Virus record (IMG/VR): IMGVR_UViG_3300023296_001674
Length of the DNA stretch: 25,260 nt
Source of the DNA: a virus
Strand: one strand, 5' to 3'
Of this stretch, positions 1 to 7,457 are shown in pieces; position 1 is the stretch's first letter; each line of letters opens with the position of its first letter. The notes under the pieces were generated by a model, which saw only the letters and a program-made list of their open reading frames with translations, was not told where the DNA came from and made no database searches. A program made the translations under genes and the position numbers.

Positions 1-186
1 ACAATAACCGAACAAAAAAATATAGAACGTAATTATTGGCGCATTTTTAGCGAATTGGAAGAAGCAAACAAAAAAATAAAAACATTAGAAGCAGAAAATA
101 AAAAATTAAAAGAGAGTGCTAAAAAAGTGCCAAAGAAAAATATATTAACATCAACAAGTGCTGATATATTTTCATCTGATGACTAA
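1..186 (+). CDS. 3' end of a CDS entering from upstream; Lys/Glu-rich, coiled-coil-like C-terminus (…LEAENKKLKESAKKVPKKNILTSTSADIFSSDD*)
   Basis: Frame 1 is open from the window edge to TAA at 184-186; amino-acid composition typical of a coiled coil. Confidence 0.4.
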   Translation, partial: TITEQKNIERNYWRIFSELEEANKKIKTLEAENKKLKESAKKVPKKNILTSTSADIFSSDD

Positions 187-210
187 CAAAGTTTAGTTTA
201 ACGGCGGCGA

Positions 211-435
211 GTGTTTTTACACTTGTATTTCAAAGATGGTCTCCTGATTGTCGTTAAACTAATAGGGGCGATGATTGTGGCAAAACAGTTCATCGTCCCT
301 TCTACATTACCTGCGGATGGAATAATATTCTTTATCGCTCGCCCACCATCCTTTCTTCGGAATGCACTGATGAGTAAGGGATTAAAAATAACAAACCTAT
401 TGTACGGTGGTTCTAGAACATCTAATCGGCGATAG
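211..435 (+). CDS. hypothetical 74-aa ORF (doubtful; region may instead be structured non-coding RNA)
   Basis: ORF track only; no convincing SD; long-range complementary segments (199-207 with 254-262; GGCGAG with CTCGCC at 344-352). Confidence 0.2.
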   Translation: MFLHLYFKDGLLIVVKLIGAMIVAKQFIVPSTLPADGIIFFIARPPSFLRNALMSKGLKITNLLYGGSRTSNRR

Positions 436-453
436 ACAAATGGTTTTTATAAA

Positions 454-492
454 GGCGAGACTACACAAGAGGTAGTCTCGCCTATTTCATTT
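454..492 (+). terminator. rho-independent terminator
   Basis: 11-bp perfect stem GGCGAGACTAC / GTAGTCTCGCC (454-482) followed by TATTTCATTT. Confidence 0.8.
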
Positions 493-497
493 AGCCC

Positions 498-525
498 TTG
501 ACATATTATATTAATCGTATATAAT
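498..525 (+). promoter_or_regulatory. sigma70-like promoter (TTGACA – ~16-17 nt – TATAAT) in AT-rich context
   Basis: TTGACA at 498-503, TATAAT at about 520-525, directly upstream of CDS 554. Confidence 0.6.
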
Positions 526-553
526 AATAAAAATTGCACGAAAGGATTTAATA

Positions 554-979
554 ATGACATATAGAAATATTAATGTGAATGGCACTGATTACAAATATGT
601 GATCGGTAAGACTTATATTAAAGTTGTCGGCATTGGATCGATATTAAAATATCGTGTGGGCACACCGGCTGGTATAACATATAAAACATATCTTGAGTGG
701 ATGAAATTGTCCGATTCAGAGTTACAAGAAAAAACTAAAGGTCATAGAGTTCAAACTGGACCCGGTGATGTTAAAAAGTTTATATTAAATCCAGACGGCA
801 ACATTCCTTTATTGGAACCGTTTCGCTGCAATGGATATAGATATATCCATGAAGAGTCGGGACGAGTTCAGGATGATGTAAGATTAAGATCCGACCCATT
901 TGATGGTGAAATCTATCGCAAACTTAATTTTTCATTTTATTGCCAAGAATGCCACGATGAACGCGCAATGGATATTTAA
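554..979 (+). CDS. hypothetical protein (141 aa)
   Basis: ORF with SD AAAGGA 8 nt upstream; TAA stop. Confidence 0.6.
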   Translation: MTYRNINVNGTDYKYVIGKTYIKVVGIGSILKYRVGTPAGITYKTYLEWMKLSDSELQEKTKGHRVQTGPGDVKKFILNPDGNIPLLEPFRCNGYRYIHEESGRVQDDVRLRSDPFDGEIYRKLNFSFYCQECHDERAMDI

Positions 980-991
980 AGGAGTTAAATT

Positions 992-1294
992 ATGAATAAA
1001 AATAAAGCAGTGCGAAATCTTCAGTTGATGATTGATATCAGAGAAGGCAAGCCACCGGTTAGAACTACGGAGAAATCTGCGTTCAACAAAGGCATTGAAG
1101 TAAATCAACCAAAGCACGATGTTTCACGATATCAATATTTTTCTTCGTATACAGGAAGAATGTTATCGCAGCATGAAATGGGCATGATTCGGAGATTTCA
1201 ACAAGCAGAAAATCTTATGTTTGATGGATCGCATACGCAGATTTTTGCAAATGCAATTCGTGGGCATCAAGTTGAAGCAGTTAATAGGGGATAA
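992..1294 (+). CDS. hypothetical protein (100 aa)
   Basis: SD AAAGGAG upstream; tightly packed after the previous gene. Confidence 0.6.
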   Translation: MNKNKAVRNLQLMIDIREGKPPVRTTEKSAFNKGIEVNQPKHDVSRYQYFSSYTGRMLSQHEMGMIRRFQQAENLMFDGSHTQIFANAIRGHQVEAVNRG

Positions 1295-1302
1295 TTATTA
1301 TA

Positions 1303-1584
1303 ATGCATATTGATAAAATACTTAATCTGCCAATGCAAGAAAATGATGCTGAAGCGAAAACAATACGGGATTATTTGAAAGAGTTGCTTAAAGAACTTTG
1401 GGTGGAGGGTGAAGGATTTTCGGGTAAACGTCCTTTCGGAAATAGCGGCTGGCATCACGAACTCTATACTACATTAATTATACATAAAGTGATTGATGGA
1501 ACGTTGGACGAAGATGGATATATAGATCATTGTGATGATGCACAAGGAGATACCATTATAATTGCTGTGATAAATGCTTTATAA
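1303..1584 (+). CDS. hypothetical protein (93 aa)
   Basis: ORF in an operon-like series; AGGGGA upstream. Confidence 0.55.
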   Translation: MHIDKILNLPMQENDAEAKTIRDYLKELLKELWVEGEGFSGKRPFGNSGWHHELYTTLIIHKVIDGTLDEDGYIDHCDDAQGDTIIIAVINAL

Positions 1585-1601
1585 TTATTTAAAAATGAGG
1601 A

Positions 1602-1880
1602 ATGTTTTATATGTTGTATGAAAAGTTATCAGATCATGAAACACTTGATTTAAACAGTGTTGTTTATATTCATTATAGACAGGGTGTGATTTTTAAAAAA
1701 CCGCCATTTTGGGTTAGATGGATTCCAATGGTAATGATCGGCGAAGATATACCTGCTCGAATTCAAATATTACTTGACAATAAGGAACGGTTGATGTATT
1801 ATTATGAAACTAACGAAGAAGCAAATACAGCTTATAATGATGTAGTTGCTAATTGGAAAAAGATCGCGGGACCGTTGTAG
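1602..1880 (+). CDS. hypothetical protein (92 aa), TAG stop
   Basis: SD GAGGAA upstream; ends in TAG followed by a terminator. Confidence 0.6.
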   Translation: MFYMLYEKLSDHETLDLNSVVYIHYRQGVIFKKPPFWVRWIPMVMIGEDIPARIQILLDNKERLMYYYETNEEANTAYNDVVANWKKIAGPL

Positions 1881-1918
1881 ACCTTGTATTATGGTTTTGT
1901 ATTTCATACCCCGCAAAA

Positions 1919-1966
1919 AGACCATGTAATTGCGGATACTGAACATGGTAATTTTTTTTAATAAAA
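1919..1966 (+). terminator. rho-independent terminator with two alternative hairpins
   Basis: CCGCAA/TTGCGG (1919-1942) and ACCATG/CATGGT (1929-1957) overlapping stems, then AATTTTTTTTAAT. Confidence 0.6.
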
Positions 1967-1975
1967 GGCGACAAT

Positions 1976-2398
1976 ATGGTTAATACTAAAACACTTAATA
2001 AAATAGCCACCGACATAGAAAAAAATAAAAAACGTAAAGAACGACGTCGCGAGTTATATGCTTTAAAAAAAGAAGAAATAAGAAAAGAAGCAGTGATACA
2101 AAAAGGTGTTAAAAAGGCATTAAGACGATTGGGACCACGTTGCGAAGAATCCGCAAAAAACGGCGAAAAATATCTTCCGTTGATTACAACAAGATCAACA
2201 AGCGGAAATGACTCTATTGATTTTTGGCATCCAAGTGAACGCGACGAGCCAGAATGTTTTCATGAAATTGCTTCTAGGATAGAAGAACATTTAGAAAAGA
2301 AAAATATTGATCATGACTGGCGGCATTGGGATGATAGTGGAGTGGCAACTTGGAGCAATTATGCGCTTTGTGTTGTATGGGATGGTATAAATAAATAA
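1976..2398 (+). CDS. hypothetical basic protein (140 aa; Lys/Arg-rich N-terminus)
   Basis: ORF with SD AAAGG. Confidence 0.6.
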   Translation: MVNTKTLNKIATDIEKNKKRKERRRELYALKKEEIRKEAVIQKGVKKALRRLGPRCEESAKNGEKYLPLITTRSTSGNDSIDFWHPSERDEPECFHEIASRIEEHLEKKNIDHDWRHWDDSGVATWSNYALCVVWDGINK

Positions 2399-2492
2399 GA
2401 TGTTTGGCACCGGTTGTAAGTCACCTGACGACATAGGGCGGATCGGCTAAGAGAGTGCATGTAGGACTACCAAATATTTTCAAGGAGTTAAT

Positions 2493-2684
2493 ATGAACGA
2501 TAAAGATGAAATGCTACAAATTATTGGCGAACTTAAAAATGGTGCGATGGATATTCTTAAAAAAATACAAAATCATGAATTATCAGAAGACGAGTTGTTA
2601 TACTATATGAATATAGCAGATGATGCAAACAGCATACTTGCTGGAACAATTAAAAAAATAGATGAAGCGCAAAAAACTACTTGA
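2493..2684 (+). CDS. hypothetical small protein (63 aa)
   Basis: SD CAAGGAG 6 nt upstream. Confidence 0.5.
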   Translation: MNDKDEMLQIIGELKNGAMDILKKIQNHELSEDELLYYMNIADDANSILAGTIKKIDEAQKTT

Positions 2685-2711
2685 CAATCTAAAAAGGGTG
2701 TTGTATAATGC
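2683..2711 (+). promoter_or_regulatory. consensus sigma70-type promoter TTGACA-N17-TATAAT
   Basis: TTGACA 2683-2688, 17-nt spacer, TATAAT 2706-2711 (perfect consensus). Confidence 0.75.
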
Positions 2712-2881
2712 CTAAAGTTAAAAAATGATAAATACTTTTACGGTGAACATCTTCGCCATGGTGAAATACCCAAAACCCAATTAAGTGGATGTGAAAAAAC
2801 ATAGAACAAAACGCCATGGTGGCGTATTATTTGAATCGGCTTTAAAAACTTTTTAAGCCTAACGAGAAAAGGAACCGAGAT

Positions 2882-3043
2882 ATGACTTCTACTTTTAAAC
2901 ATAAACATATAGATACAGGGACCATTTGTAATGGTAACGGTATTGTTGTGTTTATGCGCAATGTAGTGAGAAATACAAATGATACAAAACGAGGTTGGGA
3001 TTTTACCAACTTTATCAAAGGCAAAGGAGTTAACGGGCATTAA
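2882..3043 (+). CDS. hypothetical small protein (53 aa; not in ORF track)
   Basis: ATG 2882 with SD AAAAGGAA; ends in TAA just before the strong terminator. The overlapping minus-strand ORFs 2738-3040 look spurious. Confidence 0.4.
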   Translation: MTSTFKHKHIDTGTICNGNGIVVFMRNVVRNTNDTKRGWDFTNFIKGKGVNGH

Positions 3044-3072
3044 AACCTAAAATTCCAGTTCAAACAGAACTA

Positions 3073-3109
3073 AAAGCCTTTGATAGAAATATCAAAGGCT
3101 TTTTTTATT
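3073..3109 (+). terminator. rho-independent terminator
   Basis: 13-bp stem AAAGCCTTTGATA / TATCAAAGGCTTT with GAAA loop, then TTTTTTATT. Confidence 0.85.
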
Positions 3110-3394
3110 GAGCAAACGAGATCGAATACAGTGTTAACGCGGAACGAGACTGCTAGGAACACTTAAAATATACCTAATATGGGCGCGTTGTGGATGGATT
3201 TCCTTTTGTGGAATGATAAAAGCAATGGTAGGAAGCAAAGCGACCTACTAGGGAAAGCGTTATATGCTTTCCTGATAAGTTATTTTGTATGGAAGTGCCA
3301 TTAAAGCAGAACAATTGGTTTGGCGACCAAGCACCTTCGGGGCATAAAATCTGCTACTACTATACTATTTTAATCATAACTAAGTGTCACAAAA

Positions 3395-3464
3395 TATTGT
3401 ATGGTGTAGTGGTAACACGCTGCCTTTATCGGCGGAGCCGTGGGTTCGAGTCCTACTATGATAT
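3395..3464 (+). tRNA. tRNA-like element (AU-rich acceptor, D and T arms fold; anticodon loop irregular; no CCA), possible pseudogene
   Basis: Acceptor TATTGTA/TATGATA; D stem GTGT/ACAC; T arm GTGGG-TTCGAGT-CCTAC. Anticodon stem CTGCC/GGCGG leaves only a 6-nt loop. Confidence 0.3.
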
Positions 3465-3565
3465 TTGGATTACGTTCAGTGTGCACACCGAACGCCACAA
3501 ATTATCTGTTATTATCGCGATAGTGATAGATAATGTTGGGTCACTTAGTTATGATTAAAGTTTTT

Positions 3566-3790
3566 AGGGTGTTCGTCTAGTGGATTAGGACGCGCCGCCT
3601 TGGGTAGTTGGAGTTCGATTCTCCTTAGCAACGGTTACGTAAATCCGCACGGTGAGACATTGGTTCGAATCCAATACATGTTAAAATAACGATTTCACAT
3701 GAGATGTATAGTTTTAATGGATAAATCAGGCATGAGCCTTGTGCGGCAAGATAGTGGGTTCGATTCCCCTTGCGTTGAATGTGAAATGAT
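3566..3790 (+). other. cluster of tRNA-derived remnants: three T-arm-like hairpins without complete cloverleaves
   Basis: T-arm-like hairpins: GGAG-TTCGATT-CTCC, ATTGG-TTCGAAT-CCAAT, GGG-TTCGATT-CCC. No matching acceptor stems or anticodon arms found by hand. Confidence 0.3.
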
Positions 3791-3822
3791 GCTATATTGG
3801 TTTTTTAATATAGGAGATAATA

Positions 3823-4377
3823 ATGGAACTAGAAACATATCTTAAAGATTATGGCTTAACTGATGATATTATACGTTATGCTATATTCACTGGTACATTA
3901 ACCAAATATAGTATTTCAGATTGGCGTGTTATATGTTATATAATCGACGATCCTGATTTAGATCGTGAAACAAAAGTAGCCATGATTGAAAAAGCATTTA
4001 AAGATGATAAATGGCGTGCCAAAGAATTATTTGTTTTTATTGAAACATTAAATCAATTTGTAAAAGCAGATGATATTCTTTCAGGGGCACACGAAAAAGA
4101 TTCATGGGGAAAAGGTACACCATCTGAGCAATTTGCCATATCAGTGTCGCTCTGTGAAGCACTTAAAAAAATGAAAACCGAAAATAAATTAAACAGCGAT
4201 GAACAAATTGATGTTTTTGACCGATTTGTTGTATACATTATGGATATGTTTTCACCCGAAATGGTTGTGTTGACATTCAGACATGCTATCAAACAATATG
4301 GTATAAAATTCGATATACATAAACATTCCGAATTTAAAAAAGCAATGAAAGCATATAATCGTATAATATTAGCATGA
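3823..4377 (+). CDS. hypothetical protein (184 aa)
   Basis: SD TAGGAGA upstream; TGA stop overlaps the next start (ATGA). Confidence 0.65.
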   Translation: MELETYLKDYGLTDDIIRYAIFTGTLTKYSISDWRVICYIIDDPDLDRETKVAMIEKAFKDDKWRAKELFVFIETLNQFVKADDILSGAHEKDSWGKGTPSEQFAISVSLCEALKKMKTENKLNSDEQIDVFDRFVVYIMDMFSPEMVVLTFRHAIKQYGIKFDIHKHSEFKKAMKAYNRIILA

Positions 4378-4679
4378 AAGCATATAAATTATTCAAAAAA
4401 CGAAAAGATGGTTCAATTGGACCACTTTTCATTAATGCCAAAATGCGTATACCATTAAATGTGTGGCTGGATGCTGAAGATCATCCAACCAAAGGTTATG
4501 CACATAGACCAGGATGGCATGCTGGCGCTGAACCAAATGCACCACACCTAAGTGAAAAAGGACGCGTTTGGTATGAAGTAGAAATAAAAGACTTTGTGAC
4601 ATTTAAACGACCCATCAATCAAGGTGGTGAATGGTTGATTGCACAAAAAATCAAAGTGATAGGTGAATATCACAAATAA
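4374..4679 (+). CDS. hypothetical protein (101 aa)
   Basis: Translationally coupled start (ATGA overlap). Confidence 0.6.
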   Translation: MKAYKLFKKRKDGSIGPLFINAKMRIPLNVWLDAEDHPTKGYAHRPGWHAGAEPNAPHLSEKGRVWYEVEIKDFVTFKRPINQGGEWLIAQKIKVIGEYHK

Positions 4680-4682
4680 TAT

Positions 4683-4757
4683 GGACCGGTAACTCAGAGG
4701 CAGAGTGTTCGCCTTTTAAGCGAAACGTCGGGATTTCGAAATTCCCCCGGTCTACCA
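4683..4757 (+). tRNA. tRNA-Lys (anticodon UUU), CCA encoded
   Basis: Acceptor GGACCGG/CCGGTCT (G1·U72); D ACTC/GAGT; anticodon stem TTCGC/GCGAA, loop CTTTTAA. T arm GGGAT-TTCGAAA-TTCCC has a U53·U61 mismatch. A73, CCA. Confidence 0.75.
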
Positions 4758-4766
4758 ATCACTTAT

Positions 4767-4841
4767 GCACGATAGATAACTGGGGTTACGACGGCTTTTA
4801 CATGGCTGTTGTGGTGGGTTCGATTCCCACATCGTGTACCA
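4767..4841 (+). tRNA. tRNA-Val-like (anticodon UAC), short D arm, CCA encoded
   Basis: Acceptor GCACGAT/ATCGTGT; T arm GTGGG-TTCGATT-CCCAC; anticodon stem CGGCT/GGCTG with loop TTTACAT. D arm TAAC-TGGG-GTTA is non-standard. Confidence 0.5.
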
Positions 4842-4852
4842 ATACAATATAT

Positions 4853-4927
4853 GGACCGGTAGCTCAGAGGCAGAGCGTTCGCCTCTTAAGCGAAATGTCG
4901 AGATTTCGAAATTCTCCCGGTCTACCA
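4853..4927 (+). tRNA. tRNA-Lys (anticodon CUU), CCA encoded
   Basis: Paralog of 4683-4757; loop CTCTTAA. Compensatory D-stem (GCTC/GAGC) and T-stem (GAGAT/TTCTC) changes. Confidence 0.75.
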
Positions 4928-4936
4928 ATACCTTAT

Positions 4937-5011
4937 GCTCGATAGATAACTGGGGTTACGACGGCTTTAACATAGCTGTTGTGGTGGGTTCGATTCCCAC
5001 ATCGAGTACCA
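4937..5011 (+). tRNA. tRNA-Val-like (anticodon AAC), CCA encoded
   Basis: Paralog of 4767-4841; acceptor GCTCGAT/ATCGAGT (compensatory). Loop TTAACAT, with the closing pair changed from U·G to U·A. Confidence 0.5.
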
Positions 5012-5094
5012 ATATTTTTGATACACATAATGGTTTAGTGTATTGATAAACCGGCTGTGGGTGAAGCGGTATAACAAATGTCTACCCCCAATAT

Positions 5095-5169
5095 GGTCGT
5101 GTAGCTCAAAGGCAGAGCATTCGCTTTACATGCGAAAGGTTGTGATATCGTAATTCACCACGACTACCA
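5095..5169 (+). tRNA. tRNA-Val (anticodon UAC), CCA encoded
   Basis: Acceptor GGTCGTG/CACGACT; D GCTC/GAGC; anticodon stem TTCGC/GCGAA, loop TTTACAT. T arm GTGAT-ATCGTAA-TTCAC has a U53·U61 mismatch. Body related to the Lys genes. Confidence 0.6.
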
Positions 5170-5224
5170 ATATTGCTTTTTAGTTGTATAGTATGCTATT
5201 ATTGTTTTTTATAGGAGATATATA

Positions 5225-5617
5225 ATGGAATATGCATGGAATGATAAAATAGTTGAAGCGAATTTTAATTTTGATTCTGCGTATGAACATACGGAATGGG
5301 GATGTGATGATGGATATACATCATTATCGGTGTTGATTAATCGATGCCAAAATATGATAAAACTAAGATACACAAATGTTAATCGCATCCCGCCAAAAGT
5401 GCCTATGCCGATAACGCCGTGGTCGTTTGTTCTTGATGACATAGATATAGTAGTATATATGACATTGCGGTGCTATGATATATTTCTTATGGACACAAAA
5501 ACGTTTGATTATAGGCAGCATTTTACTATTAAAATCGATGACGATATGGATGATAATATAATAATAGTGTCATCTGTTGATAATGTATATACAGAAGCAA
5601 TAAGAATTCTAAAATAA
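5225..5617 (+). CDS. hypothetical protein (130 aa)
   Basis: SD TAGGAGA 7 nt upstream. Confidence 0.6.
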   Translation: MEYAWNDKIVEANFNFDSAYEHTEWGCDDGYTSLSVLINRCQNMIKLRYTNVNRIPPKVPMPITPWSFVLDDIDIVVYMTLRCYDIFLMDTKTFDYRQHFTIKIDDDMDDNIIIVSSVDNVYTEAIRILK

Positions 5618-5653
5618 TATCTAACGCAGTGCTAATCACATAAGCCGTTATTT

Positions 5654-5728
5654 GCAGGGGTAGCTCAGTGGTAGAGCGGTTGGTTGAAGCCCAGCGCGTG
5701 AGGAGTTCGATTCTCTTTCCCTGCACCA
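5654..5728 (+). tRNA. tRNA-Phe (anticodon GAA), CCA encoded
   Basis: Acceptor GCAGGGG/TCCCTGC; D GCTC-AGTGGTA-GAGC; anticodon stem GTTGG/CCAGC, loop TTGAAGC; T arm AGGAG-TTCGATT-CTCTT. Confidence 0.75.
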
Positions 5729-5740
5729 ATACAATAATAT

Positions 5741-5816
5741 GGAACCCAGGTATATCTGGTGAGTACGCGTGGTTGAAGTTCACGAGGACGCAGTTCGATC
5801 CTGCGGGGTTCCACCA
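5741..5816 (+). tRNA. tRNA with anticodon GAA (second Phe-like isoacceptor), CCA encoded
   Basis: Acceptor GGAACCC/GGGTTCC; anticodon stem CGTGG/TCACG, loop TTGAAGT; T arm CGCAG-TTCGATC-CTGCG. Confidence 0.6.
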
Positions 5817-5831
5817 ATCAAAGACCATTAT

Positions 5832-5906
5832 GGACCGTAGGTGTAATGGCTGCATCCGAGCCTTTTAAGCTCAGGGGACAGAGTTCGATTCTCTGATGGT
5901 CTACCA
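5832..5906 (+). tRNA. tRNA-Lys (anticodon UUU) paralog, CCA encoded
   Basis: Acceptor GGACCGT/ATGGTCT; D GTGT/GCAT; anticodon loop CTTTTAA on stem (C)GAGC/GCTC(A); T arm CAGAG-TTCGATT-CTCTG. Confidence 0.6.
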
Positions 5907-5915
5907 ATAATCAAT

Positions 5916-5991
5916 GCCGTATTAGTGACACTGGCTAACACGCCTGTTTTGTAATCAGGAAAATGGGGATCGATACCTCAATATGGCACCA
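5916..5991 (+). tRNA. tRNA-Thr (anticodon UGU), CCA encoded; T loop ATCGATA
   Basis: Acceptor GCCGTAT/ATATGGC; anticodon stem CCTGT/TCAGG, loop TTTGTAA; T arm TGGGG-ATCGATA-CCTCA. Confidence 0.55.
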
Positions 5992-6008
5992 ATAAATAAT
6001 ACTATAGA

Positions 6009-6083
6009 GCCTCTGTAGTTAATCTGGTATAACGGTAGATTTGTAATCTTCAATGCGCGGTTCGAGTCCGTGTGGAGGCACCA
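6009..6083 (+). tRNA. tRNA-Thr (anticodon UGU), second copy; CCA encoded
   Basis: Acceptor GCCTCTG/TGGAGGC; D GTTA-ATCTGGTA-TAAC; anticodon loop TTTGTAA; T arm CGCGG-TTCGAGT-CCGTG. Confidence 0.6.
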
Positions 6084-6089
6084 ATAAAA

Positions 6090-6854
6090 TTAATCATTGT
6101 GTAGTTGCGTTTTTTCATATTCATCGACATCAAGTTTTAATTGTTTATATGTGATAGATGATGTATTACGTTTTTTTACATTATCTTTCTGAAGCATTAT
6201 TTCACAATTTAATGGATGTGTAATATAATATGGATCATACTTGTTAACAATTGATTCATTTATAGATATTTTATGATCCCTCGCTACACCGTTTGAATTT
6301 TTCTTTGGGACATACCAACCATGTTTTTTTATTAAATCTAAATTGAGTAGATTGGGATAATCATTGACATCAAATTTGAAATAATATGGACGTTTCGTAG
6401 TTTGAAGTTCTTTTGCTGTTCTACCATATTGTTCAACGCAGCATTGACATTTTGATATATACCGATCTTTGGCGGTGAAAAGTGTAATACAGGTGGAGCA
6501 AGTTCTAAACCATACCATGGAATATTCACCATCGATATATTTTTTTAGTTTATCCCATCTTTTTGGATAATGACCAATATCTTTTATGATTTTGATATGA
6601 CTTTTACTCATTCGTTCTTTAGTTTCATTGCTATGTTTGCGACGGCTATTATTATATTTGGCGGCACAAGATTGATTACAATATTTCTTTTTTATAAGTG
6701 CTTCATCGTATGACCATGATTTGCCGCATTGGTTGCATGTTTTTGGATTTTTATTATATTCGGCAATGCGATGGTTTTTTTGATTTATTTGCGTTTTTCG
6801 TGAAGCTATAAATCCTAATTTACCAGCTTCAGATTTGGACAATTTACATGTCAT
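6090..6854 (-). CDS. HNH-family homing-endonuclease-like protein with N-terminal Cys-rich (CxxC…CxxSC) motifs; paralog 1 of 4
   Basis: 254 aa. C-terminal block …GVARDHKISINESIVNKYDPYYITHPLNCEIMLQKDNVKK shared with ORFs 8344, 11473 and 14027. Embedded in the tRNA array. Confidence 0.75.
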   Translation of the reverse strand: MTCKLSKSEAGKLGFIASRKTQINQKNHRIAEYNKNPKTCNQCGKSWSYDEALIKKKYCNQSCAAKYNNSRRKHSNETKERMSKSHIKIIKDIGHYPKRWDKLKKYIDGEYSMVWFRTCSTCITLFTAKDRYISKCQCCVEQYGRTAKELQTTKRPYYFKFDVNDYPNLLNLDLIKKHGWYVPKKNSNGVARDHKISINESIVNKYDPYYITHPLNCEIMLQKDNVKKRNTSSITYKQLKLDVDEYEKTQLHND

Positions 6855-6911
6855 GGCATATTTTTCCTTGTTATAAATAACTATGGCGGTAGATCAATCC
6901 TTGTGTCTTTA

Positions 6912-6937
6912 GTGATAAGTGCTTCAACACTTGTCAC
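6912..6937. promoter_or_regulatory. perfect 10-bp hairpin (GTGATAAGTG-CTTCAA-CACTTGTCAC) in the upstream region of the minus-strand HNH gene
   Basis: Inverted repeat with a single G·U pair; function unknown (operator, processing or homing-related site). Confidence 0.3.
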
Positions 6938-6967
6938 GCCGCTACTACTATTTATAACTTATACTAA

Positions 6968-7061
6968 GTCGGATTTCCCTAACTGGTGTGGGTAGAATCC
7001 ATAATATGCACTGGGTGATCCTTATGTGCTGCACGTGGTTCGATTCCACGATCCGGCTCCA
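6968..7061 (+). tRNA. tRNA-like, 94 nt (class-II-like length), CCA encoded; anticodon arm not resolved
   Basis: Acceptor GTCGGAT/ATCCGGC; 3-bp D stem CCC/GGG; T arm CGTGG-TTCGATT-CCACG; T73, CCA. Confidence 0.3.
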
Positions 7062-7103
7062 ATTAATTTTGTTCAATTAAATTCGAATCACTGATTGAAC
7101 AAT

Positions 7104-7199
7104 TGCTCATCCGGCGGGTTACATGAGCCACGCCATAACGGATTGAAATGAGCCATGCCGTTGGGTATGGATATCAGGAGTTTCGGTGATGAGCTACCA
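7104..7199 (+). pseudogene. tRNA-like remnant with 3' …ATGAGCT-A-CCA; internal 12-nt direct repeat (ATGAGCCACGCC / ATGAGCCATGCC)
   Basis: 5' TGCTCAT pairs with the 3' end, but no canonical T loop or anticodon arm. Confidence 0.2.
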
Positions 7200-7307
7200 A
7201 TTAACTAAGGTGAACGGTAGTAACCTTTAATGTGCGGCAGTGGTGCAATTCCCTAACTGATTGAGTTCGACTCTCATTCGGGTCTAGATGACAAAACATT
7301 ATAATAT

Positions 7308-7391
7308 GGACGGTGATGTTAAGACTATGGCTGGGCCAGCGCAAGCCTCTTAAGCTTGTATAAAAGAGTTCGATTCTCTCACCGTCTTCCA
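7308..7391 (+). tRNA. aberrant Lys-like tRNA (anticodon loop CTCTTAA = CUU) with ~9 extra nt in the D region; CCA encoded
   Basis: Acceptor GGACGGT/ACCGTCT; anticodon stem CAAGC/GCTTG; T arm (A)AGAG-TTCGATT-CTCT(C). 27 nt between acceptor and anticodon stem. Confidence 0.35.
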
Positions 7392-7457
7392 ATTATGCAG
7401 GCCATAGATGTTCCCTTTGTCCATTATTGGGAACTGTGGATGAAAACAAAAACGAAA

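Larger units (their letters stand above)
4683..5022 (+). repeat. tandem duplication of a ~170-bp unit, each carrying a tRNA-Lys plus a tRNA-Val-like gene
   Basis: Units 4683-4852 and 4853-5022 align almost base for base, with point differences in the anticodons and compensatory stem changes. Confidence 0.85.

Noticed and set aside
3289-3558. ORF-track CDS 3289-3558 (+)
   Set aside because: Runs through tRNA-like sequence (acceptor, D and T arms at 3395-3464); no SD; product low-complexity.
4834-5046. ORF 4834-5046 (+), ORF 5209-5442 (-), ORF 5529-5855 (-) and ORF 5668-5868 (+)
   Set aside because: All lie inside back-to-back tRNA genes with encoded CCA; the reading frames arise from tRNA sequence.
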